Below are positions 49,346-61,278 of a stretch of DNA of 64,000 nt, one piece after another; position 1 is the stretch's first letter, and the number at the start of each line of letters is the position of its first letter. Origin of the DNA: Felis catus. Lineage: Eukaryota. The position numbers and the translations under genes were made by a program. The notes under the pieces were generated by a model. The model made no database searches and was not told where the DNA came from. It saw only the letters and a list, made by a program, of their open reading frames with translations. The DNA lies in contig NC_058369.1 of NCBI RefSeq assembly GCF_018350175.1, positions 29,450,001 to 29,514,000 on the forward strand, in the 5' to 3' direction.

Positions 49346-49998
49346 CTATTGATTGTAGATGGAAGAGCCATTTGGTGTTCATGTTCTCGACTGCTCCAGG
49401 TCAGCCGCCTCTGTGGTTTGATGCCCCCTGCAAAGATCCGTTTGCAGATTGGATAATATTCCTTTTAACAGAAAGGTTTTCCTTCATCCAATTAGTTACC
49501 TGAGTGTGTTTTGGAGCCGTCAGGTGCAAACATTTCCTTTTAAGCCTTGAAGGAGCCAAGTTTGTGAGTTTACCGTATTATTCTTTGTATCCACCATAGC
49601 CAGGTTCTCCGTGGTGTGCCACTTTTTTGGCCAGACTTAGATTCCTGAGCTCATGTATCTGGTTTGTGTGATGAGGGGCCAAAAGAAACATTTTGTTTAC
49701 CCAAAGACCTCTTAAGGCGTGTGTATATATCTGGCAAACATTTCTTTGGTGTCAGCCTCATGAACTGCTGCTTAGGTAATGGGAAAGGTGGTTGCCTCAG
49801 AGTTAAGGTTTCCCTTATATGAGTAGTAGTGGAGTGAGGGGAAGTGGCTGATGAAGGTGCTGGTCAGATTTTCCACAGAGAAAGCGACTGGCACCTAGTG
49901 TCCAGACTAATTATATCTCCTGCCACAGGACAGGAGGCCAGTTAAGAGTAACCAAATTTAACCTGAGAAGGATGTAGAATCAGAAGTGGTTCACTCCA

Positions 49999-50140
49999 GG
50001 GGCACCCGGGTGGCTCAGTGGGCTTGGTTTCAGCTCAGGTCATGCTCTCATGGGTCGTGAGTTCAAGCCCCAGGTCAGGCTTTGTGCAGACAGTGTGGAG
50101 CCTGCTTGAGAGCTTCTCTCTCTGCCCCTTCCCTGCTCAT

Positions 50141-50201
<61 letters not shown>

Positions 50202-50232
50202 ATGAATAAAGAAACTTAAAAACAACAAAAAA
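49999..50232 (+). mobile_element. CanSINE with expanded (TC)n
   Basis: Perfect 17-bp TSD AGAAGTGGTTCACTCCA. Confidence 0.95.
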
Positions 50233-50369
50233 AGAAGTGGTTCACTCCATTGACAGCTGAGAAATAATCGATGGAGGTGAATGGGAGAGAATCCATTAAC
50301 AGTAACAAAGCACCTTCCTTGCCTGGGATCTGTGCCGAGTCCCGAGACAGCCGTATCTTAAATATTTTC

Positions 50370-50525
50370 GTTTTCCCAACAGCTCTTAGAGAGAAGAGCA
50401 GTTATGAGTCCCCCTTTACAGATAGTAAACTGAGACTCACCAAAGGTAATTATCCAGTTGAATGTCACCCAGATATTAAGTTACAAAACTGGGATTCTGA
50501 CTTGGCCTTTGTGACTCCTGAATTG
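50370..50525 (-). mobile_element. MIR
   Basis: CCCCTTTACAGATAGTAAACTGAGACTCA...ATGTCACCCAG...CTGGGATTCTGAC. Confidence 0.7.
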
Positions 50526-50705
50526 ATACTGTTAAAGCATAGTGATCACAAAGAAAATCTTCTTTCTTGGGATGAATCAGACATAAGAGGATGAAGGGAG
50601 TAAGAGCTTCCTTTGCCCTTGGAGGCTCACTCCACCTTAGCAGCTCTACGTTTGTTCCCACATGAGTATTCCTTTTATTAAACCCAACACAAGTCTTCTC
50701 TATGT

Positions 50706-50881
50706 CAGGGAGACTGATCGGCATGACTGATGCATTGGGCCCAATAATTCCGTGTTATGGGGGCCTGTCCTCAGTATTGTAGGAATTTTAGTGCCATCCA
50801 TGGTCTCAACCCACTAGAGGCCAGTAGTGCAGCGACCCCCACTGCAGTCCCCATTTGTAACAACCAAAATGTCTCCAGACT
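50706..50881 (-). mobile_element. MER20-like MITE, truncated
   Basis: GGGCCCAATAATTC..TGTTATGGGGGCCTGTCC...CCCACTAGAGGCCAGTAG...GTAACAACCAAAATGTCTCCAGAC. Confidence 0.85.
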
Positions 50882-52194
50882 GTATGATGAAGAGAGCAAT
50901 AAGTTGTTAAGAGAGGAATTATTGCATCCTGGGTTCTGAGACTTCCGTGTGTAGAAAGTCAATTGATACTTTGTTTTCAGTGGCTTTTTCTTTTCTTTGT
51001 TTCTTTTTCTTTTTAAAGGGTATCTGCCTTAGTAAGTCTGGACAGGAGCCTAGGAATCTGCAAAGTGATTGATGTGGGTTAACTCATGGACCACTCTTTT
51101 AGCGGAAGCGGTCACAAAGAGATGACACTCACATCCTTTGCTGCAAGCCAGCCATGCTTCCTACTTAGCAAGGGAGTGTAGTACCTTTGTGGATATTTAA
51201 ATGCTTTCCTCCCTGTCCTTTTAATCTTCTTTTGATCTGCTGGCCTATCTTGCCAGTGATTAAGTTTACAGTTCAGCTAATGATTTGCTTCAGGTTTTCT
51301 AGCTTGTAAAATCACATGCCTTGCATATTAATGTGTAGGATTTTGACCTTATAAACCAAGGAGCAATTATCCGCATATCTTACGAAGGGGAGGCCACCTT
51401 TTGACTTTGAAAATATCACCAGGAAGCCATTTTATTTCAGGAAGTCAAGTTTTGTGTTCCCAAATATCTGTTTATTGGGCTTCTTGGTAGCAATTCAAGG
51501 CAAAGTTTTATTGTGAATAGGGGCCGAAACAACTGATAAAAATGAAGTTTGGGATTTAGTGATGTAATTTAGATTTTATGTGTTACTTATCTCTTATTGC
51601 TGTAGCTGAGCAAGAGTTGTTTCTTTGGATGAATTCTGTATTCAGTGTTTCTATCAAACTCTCAGTTGGGAAAGCATTGTATTGAGAGGTGATTCTTCAC
51701 ATTAAAAAGGTATCCTTTTGCTTTTCAAAACACTATTTTGGAAAAACAAAAAAGGGAAAACAACTCTCCCCTCCCCCCCCTCCCCCCACCCCGCCTCCGG
51801 ACTATTTTCGGCTTGCCTTTGCTAACTTTAAAAGTGCTGCCACAGAGAGATCTCTTATATACTTTGCCCAATTTGTCCCATGGTAACATCTCACAAAAGT
51901 ATAGTGTATTACAGAATATTGACATTGATACAATCCACCGATTTTATACAGATGTCCAGAGTTTAATGTATGGTGTGTGTGTGTGTGTGTGTATTATGGT
52001 CTGTATGATTTCATCACCCATGTAGGTTCATGGGTCTACTACCATAGTCAAAATAACTTAACAGCTCCAACACCATAAAGATCCCTCAAGATTCCCTTCC
52101 ATGGCCACACTCACCTCTTTCTGACCTCCATCCCCAACACCTGGAAACTCCTAATCTGCCCTCCATTTCTAGAAAGGTTGTGATTTCAAGAATG

Positions 52195-52195
<1 letters not shown>

Positions 52196-52245
<50 letters not shown>
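52196..52245. repeat. (TA)25 microsatellite within L1
   Basis: Counted directly. Confidence 0.95.
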
Positions 52246-52252
<7 letters not shown>

Positions 52253-53083
52253 TAGAGTATGTAATCTTTAAGGATTGGCTTTTTTCACTCAGTAAATTTG
52301 GGGGGATTCATCTAAATTATATGTGTCAACACTTTTTCTCTTTTTACCGTAGGGTAATAGTCCAAAGTATGCATGTGCTGAAGTTTAACCTTTTACCAGT
52401 TGAAGGCTATCTGGGCTGATGTTGGGTTGTGGCTATTGCAAATAAAGCTGCTTTGAACATTCACGTGCAGTTTTTTGTGTGAACCTAATTTTCATTTCTC
52501 TGGGATGAATGGCCAAGAGTGCAATCGCTGGCTTTTGTGGTGGTTGCAGTTGTATAAGAAAGTGGCAAATGGCTTTCTGGAAGGACTGTAGCATTTTCCA
52601 TTGGTACAGCATTGTACAAGTGATCTAGTTTCTCTACATTCTCGCTAGTTTTTGTATTGTCACTATTTTTTTTTATTTTGCCCATGCTGGTAGATGTGTA
52701 GAGATCATCTTGCTGTGGTTTTAATTTGCATTTTCTTGATGGTTAATGATGTCGATATCTTTTCATATGCTTATTTTCCATCTGTATACTCTCTTCCATG
52801 AGGCATCTTTTCATGTCTTCTGACCATTTTCTCTTCCAATTGAACTTCTTTTCTTTTTACTTCTGAATTTTGAGAGTACTTTATGTATGCTAAATACTAG
52901 TCCTTTGTTGGAGTTTTGATTTGCAAATGTTTTTTTCCCCACTCTGTAACTTGTCTTTTTATCCTTTTCATGTGGGCTTTCACAGAGCAAACGTTTTAAA
53001 TTTTGATTAGCTTCAATTTATCAGCTTTTCCTTTATAGATTATGTTTTTCATTTCAAGTCTAAGAACTCTATGCTCAGCCCTG

Positions 53084-53231
53084 NNNNNNNNNNNNNNNNN
53101 NNNNNNNNNNNNNNNNNNNNNNNNNNNNNNNNNNNNNNNNNNNNNNNNNNNNNNNNNNNNNNNNNNNNNNNNNNNNNNNNNNNNNNNNNNNNNNNNNNNN
53201 NNNNNNNNNNNNNNNNNNNNNNNNNNNNNNN
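53084..53231. other. Assembly gap (148 N)
   Basis: N run. Confidence 1.
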
Positions 53232-53414
53232 GAGCGCACAGGCAATCAGGGGAAGGGCAGAGAGATTGGAGAGAGAGAATCCCAAGCAGGCTCCCACTGT
53301 CAGGCTATCAGCGCAGAGCCTGACATGGGGGGCTGATCTCATAGAACTTGAGATCCTGACCTGAGCCAAAATGAAGGGTTGGATGCTTAACCTACTGAGC
53401 CACCCAGGCATCCC
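53232..53414 (-). mobile_element. CanSINE (older) in L1, tail in gap
   Basis: GAGAATCCCAAGCAGGCTCC...GATGCTTAACCTACTGAGCCACCCAGGCATCCC. Confidence 0.9.
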
Positions 53415-54243
53415 TCTCCTGTGTTGTTTCTTAAAAGTTTTAGTATGTTACATTTTACATTTAAGTCTGTGATTCATTTTGAGTTAATTTTTTTGTGTAA
53501 AGTGTGAAGTGTAGGTCAGTGTTCCTTTTTTTTTTTTTTCCTATGGATGTCTAGTTATTCCAGCACCATCTGTTGAAAAGGGTATCCTTCCTTTATCAAT
53601 TTTAAGTCCTCATTAGAAAGAGTTGAGCATATTTGTGTAGGTCTGTTTCTGGATTCTTCCTTCCGTTCCATTGCTTTATGTGTCTGTCCCTCCACACTGT
53701 CTTGATTACTGTCACTAGCATAGTAAGTCTTAATATCAGGCAGAGTGATTCTTCACACTTTATTCTTCTTTGTCAAGATTGTTGTAGCTATTCTTGGGCT
53801 TGTGCCTTTCCATATAAATTTTGTAATAAGGTATTTTATGTCTACAAAAAGTTTGCTGGGATTTTTATAGGAATTTCATTAACACTGTAGATCAGTTTGT
53901 GAAGCACTGACATCTTTACTGTGTTGTGTCATACAGTCTATGAACACCATCTCTGTTTATTTAGGTCTTCTTTGATTTCTTTCAACATCATTGAGGTTTT
54001 CAGCATACAGATCCTGTACATGCTTTGTTCAGTGTGTACCTAAGTATTTCATTGTTTTTAGTGTAATTGAGAATGGTGTCATTTTCATTTAGGTTTGTTC
54101 ACTGTTAGGATATAGAAATGTGATTTATTATTTTTTTGTGCGCCCATCATTTAATTCTATGATCTTGCTAAACTCACTTATTAGTTCTAGGGTGGTTTCT
54201 TTTGTAGATTCCTTGGGAATTTCTGTGTAGACAATCATGACAT

Positions 54244-54399
54244 NNNNNNNNNNNNNNNNNNNNNNNNNNNNNNNNNNNNNNNNNNNNNNNNNNNNNNNNN
54301 NNNNNNNNNNNNNNNNNNNNNNNNNNNNNNNNNNNNNNNNNNNNNNNNNNNNNNNNNNNNNNNNNNNNNNNNNNNNNNNNNNNNNNNNNNNNNNNNNNN
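54244..54399. other. Assembly gap (156 N)
   Basis: N run. Confidence 1.
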
Positions 54400-55259
54400 C
54401 TTTTCATGCCTGATTTTAGTGGCAACAACTTGTAGTTCTGTGTTAAGAGTGACGATAGCAGACATCCTTTCCTCCATCTTAGGGCAATGGATTCAGTCCT
54501 TCTTCAATAAGTATGATGTAGGCTTTTTGTAGATGCCATTTTCACACTGCAGTAATTTTTCTCTATTTTTAAGTTCCTGAGAATTTTTAGCACGAATGGA
54601 TATTGGATTTTGTCAAATGCTTTTTCTATAGCAATTGATACGATTGTATGATTTTTCTTACATAGCTTGTTGATAGTGGAAGATTGCATGCCTTCGTGTT
54701 TTTTTTTTAATCCTTCAATTTCACATTTAATTTTCATGACATTGGGTTTGTAGAACGAAAGGAAGAAGTCAGGAAGCCTACCTCTTTGGAAGCATTACAC
54801 AGAGCTACACTTGCTTCATTGTTTGCCCTCATGCCCCTTCTATTTCTCTGTCTTCCCCTTGTTCTGACTTTATCTTTGCTTCTCTTGTTAATGTGTACAA
54901 ATAATGCTTCACGTAGTCCGGGTCAAAAAAGTTGGATTAGGTACCGTTGGTTCATACATTTGAATCATCTGAGTTCATATTTAAGCCTAGTTTTCAGGGT
55001 TGGCAGTAGAAATAGGTGTGCCATATCTCATTGCATTGTTATTTTCAGATAATTGTTATTCCTCAGTATATGATTTTTCAACATACTCTCTTCCGGATTG
55101 GCCAAAGCATACGGGCAAGGACTTTATATGGAAAGAGGTTCTTTTGATGGTTCATGTGCTGCAAAGTGAGTAAATACTGGGGAATAGAGAGCCAAAAGAG
55201 GAATTCTTAAAAAAAAAAAAAAAACAGAGAAAAATATAAAAAAATGATTGTGTTGATTC

Positions 55260-55460
55260 TAGGGTTAGATTAATCTAGCTTCAACCTGAGTTCTGGGAAC
55301 TTAGTAATTGTAGGTTCCTGGGCAACATATTCAACCTTTTATAAGTTTTTTTTTTTTTAAATCTATGAAATGGGGACATCTCTCTCAGGCGGATCAAATG
55401 AAATAATACCAGTCAACCATTGCCTGGTCCCTAGGTACCTTGTATGCCATCCATAAATGG
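55260..55460 (+). mobile_element. MIR
   Basis: TTCCTGGGCAACATATTCAACCT...AATCTATGAAATGGGGACA...GGATCAAATGAAATAATAC...TGCCTGG..CCTAGGTAC...CCATAAATGGTGGCTA. Confidence 0.65.
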
Positions 55461-55700
55461 TGGCTAGTTCTGTCCTAGTATTGCTGGACATGGAATTGAG
55501 TAGATACTTCTAGCAGGAAAGAAGAATGAAAAGTAGAAGGTGGTTGTAGAATGAATGCTAAAATGGAATTGCTACTATCATAAGGTAAAAGAAACAAAAA
55601 GGGAATTTTTTTTTCACGAAAAAGGCCAAAATGCCCCCAAACAGTTGCTTTTGAGAGTGAGTATGGTCAGAACCTGTGACTTCAAAGTAATATCTAATGG

Positions 55701-55907
55701 TTTTTTTTTTTAATGTTTATTTATTTTTGAGAGAGAGACAGAGCTTGAGCAGGGGAGGGACACAGAGAGAGGGAGACAGAATCTGAAGCAGACTCCAGGT
55801 TTCCAAGCTGTCCGCAAACAGCCCGACGTGGGGCTCGACCCATGGACTGTGAGATCATGACCCGAGCTGAAGTTGGATACTTAACTGACTGAGCCACCAG
55901 GCGCCCC
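55701..55907 (-). mobile_element. CanSINE
   Basis: TSD TATCTAATGG(G)TT. Confidence 0.94.
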
Positions 55908-56044
55908 ATTATCTAATGGGTTGTTAAAGGCAACTTCTTTCAGGAGAGCTGCCAGTTTTGGTTTTGGTGTGTTTTAGTCCTGGTCCTACCTGTGGGGCGG
56001 GTGGGGGGTGGGGGGTGCCTTCCAAAAGACCCATCAGTAGCAGA

Positions 56045-56170
56045 TCCTAAACTAGTGGTTCCTTCAGGCGCCTCTGGGGAAACCTGTTATGTAAACAGGT
56101 AGGTTTGGAGGAGGGCCCAGGAATAGGGATGGATTCTTTGCGACAAAGATCCTAGGGAATTCTGAAATTG
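56045..56170. mobile_element. MER5-like hAT MITE remnant
   Basis: CTGGGGAAACCTGTTA...GGGCCCAGGAAT...CCTAGGGAATTCTGA loosely resembles MER5A/B. Confidence 0.35.
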
Positions 56171-56326
56171 AGCTGAAAGGGGAAGGAGAGCCACTGGGAA
56201 GAAGTCCCTACTTCAGGTGCAGCAGCTACAGTAGCTTTTTAAGTTCTGCTACCAATTTTGTGTGCAACCCCAGGTAAAACACCTAACCTTTTTGTGTGTG
56301 CCTTGATTCATCCTTTTGAAAAAGTA

Positions 56327-56418
56327 GGCTGGCTCGGTAAAGCATGAGACTCTTGATCTCAGGGTCATGAGTTCGAGCCCCATGTTGGACATAGAGCTCA
56401 CTTTAAAAAAATAAAAAA
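56327..56418 (+). mobile_element. Short ancestral-type CanSINE (SINEC_c-like, tRNA head plus A-tail, no CT tract)
   Basis: GGCTGGCTCGGTAAAGCATGAGACTCTTGATCTCAGGGTCATGAGTTCGAGCCCCATGTTGG...TAGAG.TCACTTTAAAAAAAT. Confidence 0.85.
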
Positions 56419-57324
56419 GGGGAGACATAGGGGTTAAAAACTCTGACCCACTTAACATGGTTGTTGTTAACAATTCCTTAAAAAATCAACAACAACTGGA
56501 AAGCACTTTGCAAATAGAAATTGCTCTATAAATGTCTTTTTAAAGAAATGTAATTTTCCAACACAGTATTAAACACAAATAGTCTTGTTGAGTGCATCGG
56601 CTCAAATTACAAGTATCAGATGACATGGTATCTTGATGGCCGGAACCCAAAGTTGGAGGCAATAAGGAAACAACACAAGGTTGTAATGTCTTCTTTTTAT
56701 CCAGAGCATCGTTTAAAAATAATGCTGACTCTACCCTCCAAAATCTACATTTGCCCATTTGGTTTGTTTTGTGTTTTTAATAGGCTACTCCCACCAAGTT
56801 GAGAATTTAATTAGAAAAATAAATGACTTTTACCATGGCTCCTGGATTGTTCATCCTCCCTCCCCCAGTCTCTCAATTAGAGGCCGACTCCTCCTGTCAC
56901 AGACACATGTGTGGATCTGTTAGAAGTCTGTAAATGGATGCACACCTTCAGAGTTGGCGAGGATTCTGTTAGTCCGGTCCCCTGATGGAAAGTGTACTCT
57001 CCTGTCATTCAGGCATCCCCATAGGCGTTCCTGAATCTGTTCCCCTTCAGATCTGCCACCGTGCGGTTCCCAAGCCACCTTTCTCCAAGGCTAGGACGAA
57101 AGGAGTCCCATCAACGCAGAAGTACCTGACATAGGTTTGGGATTTATGGATTATAAACTCATTTCTCTCCTCAAAAATCTGTGGTGGTGTTTTTAAGGTG
57201 GGAATGAAAGACAGGTTAGAGGGGAGAGTCCATGGGAATTCAGAACGTGTAATTTTAGGCACTTGTCACCATATTTATGTGTTGTGGTATAAAAAAAATG
57301 TAGGTGGCAATATAGGGTGATTGT

Positions 57325-57480
57325 TCTGGAGCTGGACTGGCCAGGTACAAGTCCTGGACCTCTCATGGCCTTAGCCAAGGGATCTGGTCTCACCAAGCCT
57401 CTGTTACCTTATCTTTAATCTGGGGATGCTAGTAGTAATAATCTCATAGAGGTGCTGTGAAGGTCGGTGGAAATCAGCAT
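57325..57480 (+). mobile_element. MIR
   Basis: CTGGAGCTGGACTGG...AAGCCTCTGTTACCTTATCTTTAATCTGGGGAT...CTCATAGAGGTGCTGTGAAG. Confidence 0.55.
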
Positions 57481-58401
57481 AAGCTTAGTTTGGGTCCTGC
57501 CCCACACAGTTGAGCATCTTATCTGCTGATAAAGGCATTGATGCCATGTAGCAATGGAAGGCAAATCAGGAGAATGGTTGTGGATCTCAGAGGTTGGAGT
57601 AGTCTGTATTTAAACATGTTAAGCCCTGAAACCAATAAATTTATCTGTATGTGTTGTTTACCCTTTGTGGGATTTTCTTAAATTGTATTCTGTGACCCAT
57701 GCTGGTGCACATTTGTACTTCTTGGTACATGTAAACCCACACAGAGTTATGACACTATGTGGCTATTCACAGTATGTTTTTATAAGGCAATGAGAAGGAA
57801 GATTGGAATGGAGTGCTGCCTCCATTTTTAATTTTTGGTGTACAGAATGTTATTGGATGTCTGTATTGACTGCTGAATACAGGAAAGTGTTGTCTTAATC
57901 AGTGGAGTTCTGTTCTGACTGCTGACGACAGGAAAATGTTGTCAGTTGCTCACTCTGCGTGATATACATTGAGATTAGGTAGAACTGGAAATAAGATAAG
58001 AAAAACTTTGAATGTGGTGCTTTAGCTCCCTTGAAGGTATAACTCAGAAGGTAAATATGCATGATGTTTATGACACAGTTTATATACCCCCAGTTTCAAC
58101 TGGAGATCCCTCAACCCACAGAAGAATGATCTCCTTTTGCATTGTCCATTGAGACTAGACTAGAGTATTAATAGCATTCCAGAATCTTCTGTCCAGGAAT
58201 CTTAGAGCCTTTCATACTGCCTCTGAGATAAGCCGATTGGCCAGCTGCTCTCTGAGGGTGGCCACCTGCTCCTGGGGTCTGAACCATCCCATTTTAGACA
58301 AATTGAGGATTCAGTTTTTGTAGAATACCTTTTTCTTTCATTTTTTTTCAAACAGTGATATTATTGCCAGATACTGGCACTATTAGAAAGCAGAAGGAAT
58401 C

Positions 58402-58623
58402 GTGGCGCCTGGGTGGCGCAGTCGGTTAAGCGTCCGACTTCAGCCAGGTCACGATCTCGCGGTCCGTGAGTTCGAGCCCCGCGTCAGGCTCTGGGCTGAT
58501 GGCTCAGAGCCTGGAGCCTGTTTCCGATTCTGTGTCTCCCTCTCTCTCTGCCCCTCCCCCGTTCATGCTCTGTCTCTCTCTGTCCCAAAAATAAATAAAC
58601 GTTGAAAAAAAAATTTTTTAAAA
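58402..58623 (+). mobile_element. Very young CanSINE (SINEC_Fc-type)
   Basis: Same diagnostics as 20498 copy; perfect 17-bp TSD AGAAAGCAGAAGGAATC. Confidence 0.97.
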
Positions 58624-61228
58624 AGAAAGCAGAAGGAATCAATTTAACAAAAATGACAAATTAAAACACTATTACCTTGTGGTTACGAGTGCCTATTTTT
58701 ATGCTCCTCCTTCTATCCTCAGTGAAGATTTTTCTCTTGTAAGGAAACATGGTGGTAAAGAACCGATTGGATGAGAAGGTACTGTATTTTCCTACCAGCT
58801 TGGTTTGGAGAGATTGAAAATGCAAAGTCTATATAGGTTGCTGGGCTATCACCCAGTGTGGATGGCCCTGTCTCACCCACCCTGGGGTATACCACATGTT
58901 GACCACTTAGCCGGCTCTGTAGGCCTGGGGAGAGAGATCCGTTCTTTTCCCTGTCTCCCGGGTTGGTTGAGATGGGAGAGGGATGGCATGGCTATCAGGA
59001 TGGCCTCAGAGAGTCTTTCTGCCTGCTTGGGAGGAAAGGATTAGGGAGGAGAACGTCCAGAGAGTGTGGTGTGATGGTAGGACTGCAGAGCTGAGTGCCA
59101 TCAGACACAGGAGTGTGCTTGGAGACAGGTGCATCTAGACCCAAGGGGACGGACTTAGCTTCATCGAGCCCTAGTCTCCATCACCTGTTCTTGAGATTTT
59201 TGGTTGATACTTTTACTTCATCATTGTGTACAATCTGTTTATATACTGCTACTGTATAGTAAGTATATTCATATACTAATATAGTATATACATTCTAAAC
59301 CATATGTTTATGTACTATTCTTTTGTGTACCACTAAAGAATAATTCTCATTCCCAATTTAACTATGACGTATTGCTTAGGGTACCATCAGTTTTAGGATC
59401 TATCCTCATTGCAGAGAGATGAAGATATGAGTTGTAAAATACAGAAGCACTTCTCATCATAAACATGTGAGGACTATAGTCGTTAATACCTGTGGTGTTG
59501 GAGTGGTTGTCCGAACATACAGTGAGCACCTAGTAATCATTAACTTGGTCCTCTTACTCTTGTCTCCCAGTACTGTTTTCTTCCTGATCAATTGGTGAAT
59601 CTTGTCTGGGACGTAAGACATATCTGAGCTTGTTTTTTGTGTGTGGGACAGCACACACAGCAGCAGCAACAAACCAGCAGCAACGCCCCTCAGCTCAGCT
59701 CTCTTTCCCACCAGCAAGAGCTGCTTTTCTTGGCCCTGTCGTTGGGTTGGATGTATCAGTAGCATATTCACATACAAGATCTGCCAAACTCCTTACAGTT
59801 CCAGTACCCTCCAGCATTTTCCGTGGGCCTTGTGTTCTGGCTAAGCAGATAGCTTATCTCAGATCCCTCAAACCCTTCCATGCCCCACCTCCTGCTTCTG
59901 CCTGTGCTAGTTGCGTTCTCTCCATCTGGTGTTTCCTGCCCTTGGCTAGGAACGTGCAGCTTCCCTAGCAGTGGTGGAAGTTAACCTCTTTCCTGATGCC
60001 TTTCCTAGCCCTTCCGACCCAGTATAATGTGTCTTCTTAGACCTCTCCCCCAGCGCTTCTTTGCATTTGCTTTGTGTTCCTCTCTGAATGCAATACGGCA
60101 GCCATTGGGATGTAGGCTCCGTAAGGAAGCCCTGTGAACAATAATTGCAGGCCAAATATACCTGTTTTTATTAATGCATATCAGCACATCACACTGAATT
60201 ACACAAATGCGTGTTTCTCTTTCAAACACATTAAGTCCAGGGGCCTCTAGTTGGGTCTTATGGCAACCCTGCCCTTGCTCAGTTATTTTTATATTTTATT
60301 AACAGGAAGCATGCCATTAAAATCGGAAGGCTCTCCCCACCTCTCTCCTTTTTATATGTCTCTCTTTTATCTTCTCACATTGCTGGACCGTCTTACACTC
60401 GTCAGCCGGAAAGATGGATGTCATTCAGGTATTGGCAGGAAGAGAGGCTTCTGTAAATAGTCTTTTTCACATCTGGGTGTTCAGTTTCTCCTGCCGGGGC
60501 TGAGGGAATCTGATGAGCCTTGGGTATTTTTTTCCATGCCCGGGACCGATGCAGCCTGGGCCGCTCTGTGCCTCCGCTCTGGCATAACCTCATCCTGTTC
60601 TTCCTCGTTTCCACACCCCGTGCAGCTGTGGGGCCCTTCATCCGCTTCAGACTTGCCACTACGCACTACTTGAAACTGGGCCCTGCTGTGATTCTAAGTC
60701 TCCATCCAGAAGGAGTTGGGTTCCCGCCCCCCCCCCCCGCCCCCGCCTCAGGACTCAAGAGACTGTGAATGTCTCATGAAAAGGAAGAATTTTGTGCCAA
60801 GAGAGAGAAGTGCAAACACCCTCTGTTTTCTGCCTCTAAAGCCGGGCCAGTGGTTTCTGCTGCCGTGGTTTTTTATGTCGTTTGACTAACCATCTCCCTC
60901 GAGGCCCAAGCAAATATGGGCAGCGCCGATCCAGCCTCCCAGGATCCTTTGAGAGTTCCTGTGATAGAGTATTTTACTGCTTTGCAGGATGGCTACAGAC
61001 TGCCTCCGTTATAGGACTGAAGACTTTCCTCTCAGATGCCCACAAGCCTCCGGCTCCTATCTACCGAGTTTTGTCGTCAGCTTTGTGACTCTGACAGGAT
61101 CCCCAAGCATACGGCTGAGTTTTTCACTGCATTTAAAGTCTTCCTCAGATTTGAATGTAGTCTTTTTAAAAAGCCATCCCCTAGGTGGCTTAAAAAAGGT
61201 GTAAATCCAGTTTGTAAAAGCTTCAAGA

Positions 61229-61231
<3 letters not shown>

Positions 61232-61273
<42 letters not shown>
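61232..61273. repeat. (AT)21 microsatellite
   Basis: Counted directly. Confidence 0.95.

Positions 61274-61278
<5 letters not shown>

Larger units (their letters stand above)
51855..54720 (-). mobile_element. Long L1MB-type fragment (3' UTR into ORF2), with CanSINE insertion, (TA)n and two gaps
   Basis: Continuous reverse L1: GGTAACATCTCACAAAA...AATAAAGCTGCT..GAACATTCACGTGCAG...TTTAATTTGCATTT...TTCCAGCACCATCTGTTGAAAAG...TAGATCAGTTTG...ACAATCATGACAT (RT motif at gap edge). Confidence 0.9.

Noticed and set aside
24349-54477. ORFs containing long X runs
   Set aside because: Artefacts of reading through N-gaps.
56327-56418. tRNA-Lys-like sequence with GTTCGAG B-box
   Set aside because: Truncated 5' end, SINE-type 3' extension and A-tail, no cloverleaf acceptor stem: a short CanSINE, not a tRNA gene.
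59655-59690. CAG/CAA-rich run resembling a polyQ or polyA coding tract
   Set aside because: Short, interrupted, and not bounded by credible splice sites or a recognisable ORF.
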